NCBI GenBank assembly: GCA_002952755.1
Contig: CP025011.1
Location: forward strand, 1,170,001 to 1,202,000
DNA length: 32,000 nt
Direction of reading: 5' to 3'
DNA from: Candidatus Saccharimonadota bacterium
Lineage (GTDB): Bacteria > Patescibacteriota > Saccharimonadia > Saccharimonadales > UBA4665
The notes under the pieces are model-generated. The model saw only the letters and a program-made list of their open reading frames with translations, did not search any database and was not told the origin of the DNA. The translations under genes and the position numbers were made by a program. Positions 30,140-32,000 of this stretch are shown here, one piece after another (the first letter of the stretch is position 1; each line of letters starts with the position of its first letter).

Positions 30140-30832
30140 TTATACCCGAAGATAGGTTTGCAGCATAGAGTACATCAGAGGTGCGAGCTCGCTGGTCAAT
30201 TGGCTACTCCCCTGCACTTGCGCCATAACCTTAGCAGGGTGCGATGCAAAACTCAGACGAAGATATTTGATATGTGTAGGCCTAAAACGACCACGATCGT
30301 CTATCTGGAAGCACATGTCGTCAAAACTAAAGGCATAGGTATGGTCAGACGCAAGCCGTCTACCGTCTATGTCTGTTTCGAGATTGGGCGCATGGCCGCT
30401 CAAGTGTAGCAATTGTGCCGCAAACCAAAAACGAATAATCTCCGTCGATACGGTTCTATCGTCGAGCGCTTCAAAAGCAGAGCGTAATACAGTGAAGTAC
30501 TCCCGCTCGGGCTCGTCCTCTGTTACGCGATGTAATTGTTTGATCAGATCATAGCCTGCCATTGTGCGGTCTAAATCGGTAACGATCGTACCATAGTGAG
30601 TAACGAGCCTGGTGGATACGAGCGTACCAAGGTCGCTCTTGCCTTTTACATAGGTGATGATGCTCACACTAAATAGCTCAATACCGCCAGCCAGCTTGGA
30701 TTTGACACGACGTACACCCTTAGCCATTAGGCGTATTTTGCCTAACTCTGGCGTGAGTAGCGTAATGATACGATCGGCCTCACCATAATCGGTTCTGGCT
30801 AGAATAATAGCTTCGGTAACGAGCTGGTTCAT
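30140..30832 (-). CDS. recO: DNA repair protein RecO
   Basis: N-terminal OB-fold pattern EAIILARTDYGEADRIITLLTPELGKIRLMAKGVRR.KSKLAGGIELFS. The ATG at 30832 forms an ATGA overlap with the stop of the upstream receiver gene. The ORF-track start at 30847 adds 5 aa. Confidence 0.85.
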   Translation of the reverse strand: MNQLVTEAIILARTDYGEADRIITLLTPELGKIRLMAKGVRRVKSKLAGGIELFSVSIITYVKGKSDLGTLVSTRLVTHYGTIVTDLDRTMAGYDLIKQLHRVTEDEPEREYFTVLRSAFEALDDRTVSTEIIRFWFAAQLLHLSGHAPNLETDIDGRRLASDHTYAFSFDDMCFQIDDRGRFRPTHIKYLRLSFASHPAKVMAQVQGSSQLTSELAPLMYSMLQTYLRV

Positions 30833-31212
30833 ATGCCGCTCGTACACTCGCGGATCAATCGAACAAGGTCCAGCAAGGTGGTGCGCGGTTTATAGCAAAC
30901 AGCCACCACTCCCAGGTCAGCGTGCAAAATACTCTCGATATCGGCCAGTATGAGCGGTGGTATGGTTGTGTTCACGACTACTGGAATGCTTGCCCATTCC
31001 GGATATGAGCGAAATTCGTGCAAAAATTCGACTCCATTATGGGCAGGGAGCTGTAGCTCCATGAGCAGAATATCTGGCATACGCCTATCGGCCGCATCGA
31101 CTGCTGCCTGCCCCCCGGCGACATGCACCACGTGGTGGCCGACATGGGCGAAGGCCCGTGTATACGTTGCCGCCAACAAGGTGTTAGGTTCTATCAATAA
31201 TATATTTGACAT
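30829..31212 (-). CDS. Stand-alone receiver (REC) domain protein lacking the phospho-acceptor Asp
   Basis: CheY-like pattern. It reads ILLIEPN where the acidic DD pair is expected, and DILLMELQLP where DxxxxDxxMP is expected, so the acceptor is Glu. The conserved Thr (VVVNTT) and Lys (CYKP) are retained. No output domain. Confidence 0.8.
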   Translation of the reverse strand: MSNILLIEPNTLLAATYTRAFAHVGHHVVHVAGGQAAVDAADRRMPDILLMELQLPAHNGVEFLHEFRSYPEWASIPVVVNTTIPPLILADIESILHADLGVVAVCYKPRTTLLDLVRLIRECTSGI

Positions 31213-31223
31213 GAGTACAAAAT

Positions 31224-31949
31224 TTATACAAATTGTAATTGCCTGCTCGGTTGCAGCGTAGCTGCCAGGCCTTGTTCGTGCTGGTACCGACCGACACGCA
31301 AGCGGCTGTTCATTGAGCGAAAAATGGCATCGGCAACAAATAAGCCTGCCGCGCTACCCGTGCCAATAGCCGTAAGCGGCTGTCTGGCCTTGCCGGCGAG
31401 GTCTAGCGCAGTACGCCACCGATCCGCTCTTAGCTCCTCGTATTCACCATACATGCCGGCAACGAGGCCGTGTGGTGTCCGATGAAAGCCAAGCGTGACA
31501 TGCCGTGGCCGACGCTCCGGCCTAGATGCTTCAGCTTCGACAAGACTAAAGCCCAGCGAAAGTAACGCCGCCTTTAACCCGCGCTGATGACTCATGACCG
31601 GCCCATAGCGTCCACCCACTCGTAGCTCCAATTCGACGCCATAATACTGCGCAAAACGACTCAGCTCATGCGCTACATCAACCAGCAGCGAAGATACAGA
31701 AACCGGCTCCATGACCAGTTCGACTTGTTCACTCCATAGCTGCAGACCAAGCAGATAGCTATCGACAAGCGTTAACGCGGCAGCGGCCTGGGTGCCGATC
31801 GCCCCCACGTCCGTCATTCGGAGATCGCCAGTGAGTTGGCCGAGCTCGGCCTGCCGAGCGATGGTCGTGAGCGGTACTTTGAGTTGCTCGGCAATGGAGA
31901 GTAGCAAATCATCAGAGCCCACGCGGACCGGATCATCCCCTATTGCCAT
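31224..31949 (-). CDS. Cytoplasmic histidine-kinase-like protein with degenerate H-box and ATP-binding boxes (pseudokinase candidate)
   Basis: The DHp-like SIAEQLKVPLTTIARQAEL aligns with the HisKA consensus SHELRTPLTsI, with Glu at the His position. The C-terminal GTGSAAGLFVADAI resembles a G2 box, but the N and G1 boxes are not recognisable. No TM or sensor domain. GAGGG lies 8 nt upstream of the ATG. Confidence 0.55.
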   Translation of the reverse strand: MAIGDDPVRVGSDDLLLSIAEQLKVPLTTIARQAELGQLTGDLRMTDVGAIGTQAAAALTLVDSYLLGLQLWSEQVELVMEPVSVSSLLVDVAHELSRFAQYYGVELELRVGGRYGPVMSHQRGLKAALLSLGFSLVEAEASRPERRPRHVTLGFHRTPHGLVAGMYGEYEELRADRWRTALDLAGKARQPLTAIGTGSAAGLFVADAIFRSMNSRLRVGRYQHEQGLAATLQPSRQLQFV

Positions 31950-32000
31950 CTACTCGCCCTCTCTTAGTTCTCTCTTCATACTAACACACGCGGTCCGTTC

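Overview
This is a gene-dense bacterial chromosomal segment of roughly 50% GC by eye. The content is mostly housekeeping. The gene architecture resembles a small-genome Patescibacteria/Saccharibacteria-type organism, but that is inference only.

Layout, left to right:
- 1-10255, mostly + strand: a partial Pro/Ala-rich protein, an RsuA/RluB-type pseudouridine synthase, der and pth. Next come a minus-strand orphan 299-aa gene and an ORF-free 493-bp gap. The gap holds a consensus promoter, about 400 nt of highly structured sequence and a strong terminator, so it is a candidate novel ncRNA. After it come dprA, a small membrane protein, topA, a sigma-region-4/HARE-HTH protein and an acidic orphan.
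- 10256-10884: a 630-bp non-coding gap between convergent genes, carrying DnaA-box-like and dif-like sequences.
- 10885-19340, minus strand: a reduced dcw cluster, mraZ-rsmH-ftsL-ftsI-mraY-ftsW-murG-ftsQ. It has no mur ligases and no ftsA/ftsZ. Upstream lie a clear MraZ operator overlapping the promoter and two perfect DnaA boxes. A recurrent AAAACAAAAAC leader motif occurs in the cluster.
- 19578-24211: a small membrane protein, a yvcK-like gene, radC, an orphan, and a divergent membrane protein/TrmB-like regulator pair.
- 24215-31949, one long minus-strand array: a degenerate histidine-kinase-like protein (His to Glu), an Asp-less receiver (Asp to Glu), recO (ATGA-coupled to the receiver), glyQS and rnhA. 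These are followed by a KwaB/DUF4868-like protein, a 4-TM DUF1761-like protein, an AlkD-like repair protein and a Pif1/RecD-like helicase with an HRDC domain.

Many genes have a -10 hexamer 6-9 nt upstream of the ATG, which suggests leaderless mRNAs. I saw no rRNA, tRNA, CRISPR array, transposase or integrase. All protein calls rest on motifs read from the translations; no database search was possible.
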